Of a DNA stretch of 47,501 nucleotides, positions 46,335-47,501 are shown in pieces. The stretch spans positions 1 through 47,501 of the IMG/VR virus record IMGVR_UViG_3300010052_000176. One strand, written 5' to 3'. The notes under the pieces were generated by a model. That model was given only the letters and a program-made list of their open reading frames with translations, did no database searches and was not told the DNA's origin. Position 1 is the stretch's first letter. Each line of letters opens with the position of its first letter. This stretch comes from a virus. Lineage: Duplodnaviria > Caudoviricetes. Made by a program: the position numbers and the translations under genes.

Positions 46335-47501
46335 ATGCGGTTCACTCTTCAGAAACCGGCCGGCCGGTTCTGGCAGGTCTGCGCGACGATCAACGGGCGA
46401 GAGGTGCGGGTCTCCACGGGCACGCACGACAAGATCATTGCGGAATCCAAGCGGAAAGACGCCGAAGCCGCCGACCGCATGGGGATGGACTGGAAAGAGG
46501 CCGTCCGCAAAGGGGGCAAGCGGGCTAAAAAGGGCGAACAGACCGAGTGGACGGAGTTCCGCGGAGCCTACCGAAATCGACTGCCAGCTCCACGACCCGG
46601 GACATGGCGAGCCTGTGAGGAGCGGTTGAATCTGGTCGACTCGTGCCTGAGCCCCAAGCGGGTGAAGGATGTGTGCGACCGCGAGGCTCTGAAGCAGGTT
46701 CGCGACTACCTGATCAAGAAATACCCGTCGAAGCATTCCGCCAAGTCGCGGCTGCAAAGCATCCTGGCGGTTCTCCGGTGGGCGGCCGAGGAGGGGTATT
46801 GCGAATTCGTTCCGGCGGTGAAAGGCATCTCCGTCGCCAAGCGGAAGAAAATGAAGGGGCGACCGCTCACCCCTGATGAGTTCACCGAATACCTGAAGGT
46901 GGCGAAAGCTCGGCTGAAGGACGCCTATCCCGGGTGGGAGTTCCTGATCCGGGGTGTGAGGGCGCAGGGGCTCCGGCTGGAGGAGAACTTCCTGATCCAC
47001 TGGACGGACCCGCACTACCTCCGGCCGGTCTTCAGCGGGAAATACGCCCGGCTGGAAATCCCGGCCAACCTCCAAAAGAACGACACGGAGGAAGATGTCC
47101 CGCTGACGCCGGACTTTTCCGACCTGCTCCTCACAGTCCCCAAGGCCGAGCGTGAGGGATGGGTGTTTGATCCACCGGCGATCCGGCATTCCAACCGCTC
47201 GGGCCGCAATCCTGAGTGGGCCGGGAAGGTGCTGGCAGCGATCGGCAAGCAGGCGGGCATCCTCACCGACAAGAACAAGTACGCCAGTGCCCATGATCTC
47301 CGCCGAACGTGCGCACAGGACATGATGGATGCAGGCTGCGAGGAAGCCGATATCATGCGTGTGATGAGGCACGCCGATTGGGACACCACCCGCAGTTGGT
47401 ATGCCTCAAAGCGGGTCGAGAAGTCGGCCGAGGACATCGCCAAGAAAATGCGGAAACCCTCACAGAACGACCCTCACACCGACAAACGCGAATCGGCGTA
47501 A
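46335..47501 (+). CDS. int: Tyrosine recombinase / phage integrase
   Basis: GLRLEE (R), QKN (K), HDLRRT (HxxR), MRHAD (H), TTRSWY (Y); N-terminal arm-binding-like domain. Confidence 0.93.
   Translation: MRFTLQKPAGRFWQVCATINGREVRVSTGTHDKIIAESKRKDAEAADRMGMDWKEAVRKGGKRAKKGEQTEWTEFRGAYRNRLPAPRPGTWRACEERLNLVDSCLSPKRVKDVCDREALKQVRDYLIKKYPSKHSAKSRLQSILAVLRWAAEEGYCEFVPAVKGISVAKRKKMKGRPLTPDEFTEYLKVAKARLKDAYPGWEFLIRGVRAQGLRLEENFLIHWTDPHYLRPVFSGKYARLEIPANLQKNDTEEDVPLTPDFSDLLLTVPKAEREGWVFDPPAIRHSNRSGRNPEWAGKVLAAIGKQAGILTDKNKYASAHDLRRTCAQDMMDAGCEEADIMRVMRHADWDTTRSWYASKRVEKSAEDIAKKMRKPSQNDPHTDKRESA

Larger units (their letters stand above)
1..47501 (+). mobile_element. Temperate tailed phage / prophage (siphovirus-like, Mu-like head genes), near complete
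   Basis: Co-oriented recombination, replication, terminase, portal, capsid and tail modules plus a terminal tyrosine integrase; att sites not visible. Confidence 0.95.

Noticed and set aside
1-47501. CRISPR array, DGR/reverse transcriptase, IS transposase
   Set aside because: No regularly spaced repeat-spacer units, YxDD RT motif, TR/VR pair or DDE transposase recognised
46302-47501. attL/attR core repeats
   Set aside because: The window ends at the integrase stop codon; no matching direct repeat with the left end was seen

Overview
GC-rich, apparently near-complete temperate tailed phage (prophage) of 47.5 kb, encoded almost entirely on the + strand. Both window ends fall exactly on stop codons, so att sites are not visible. 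A Planctomycetota-like host is a weak inference from protein style. Gene order: divergent control region with operators; early/recombination block (SMC-like ATPase, two sigma factors, RecE/RecT-like pair, ParB-like protein, SF2 helicase, primase); many small hypotheticals, HNH nucleases and RusA; tRNA-Ser; permuted NlpC/P60 amidase plus secreted trypsin-like protease; nucleotide-metabolism cluster; terminase; SGNH protein; Mu-like portal/gpF/protease; major capsid; tRNA-Thr; siphovirus-like tail genes; tyrosine integrase. Unexplained signals: (1) six copies of an 18-22 bp perfect palindrome, consensus AGGT(GC)6ACCT, inside six unrelated genes about 5-9 kb apart, in a phage encoding an orphan ParB-like protein; (2) a CGATAACGG motif before seven late-region genes, resembling the sigma28 -10 box and matching a phage FliA-like sigma with a degenerate region 4; (3) a nested, double T-arm tRNA-like RNA upstream of the sigma genes; (4) three CAACC-N6-GGTTG palindromes at exact 28-bp period before the primase. 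All calls come from reading motifs by eye; no database searches were run.
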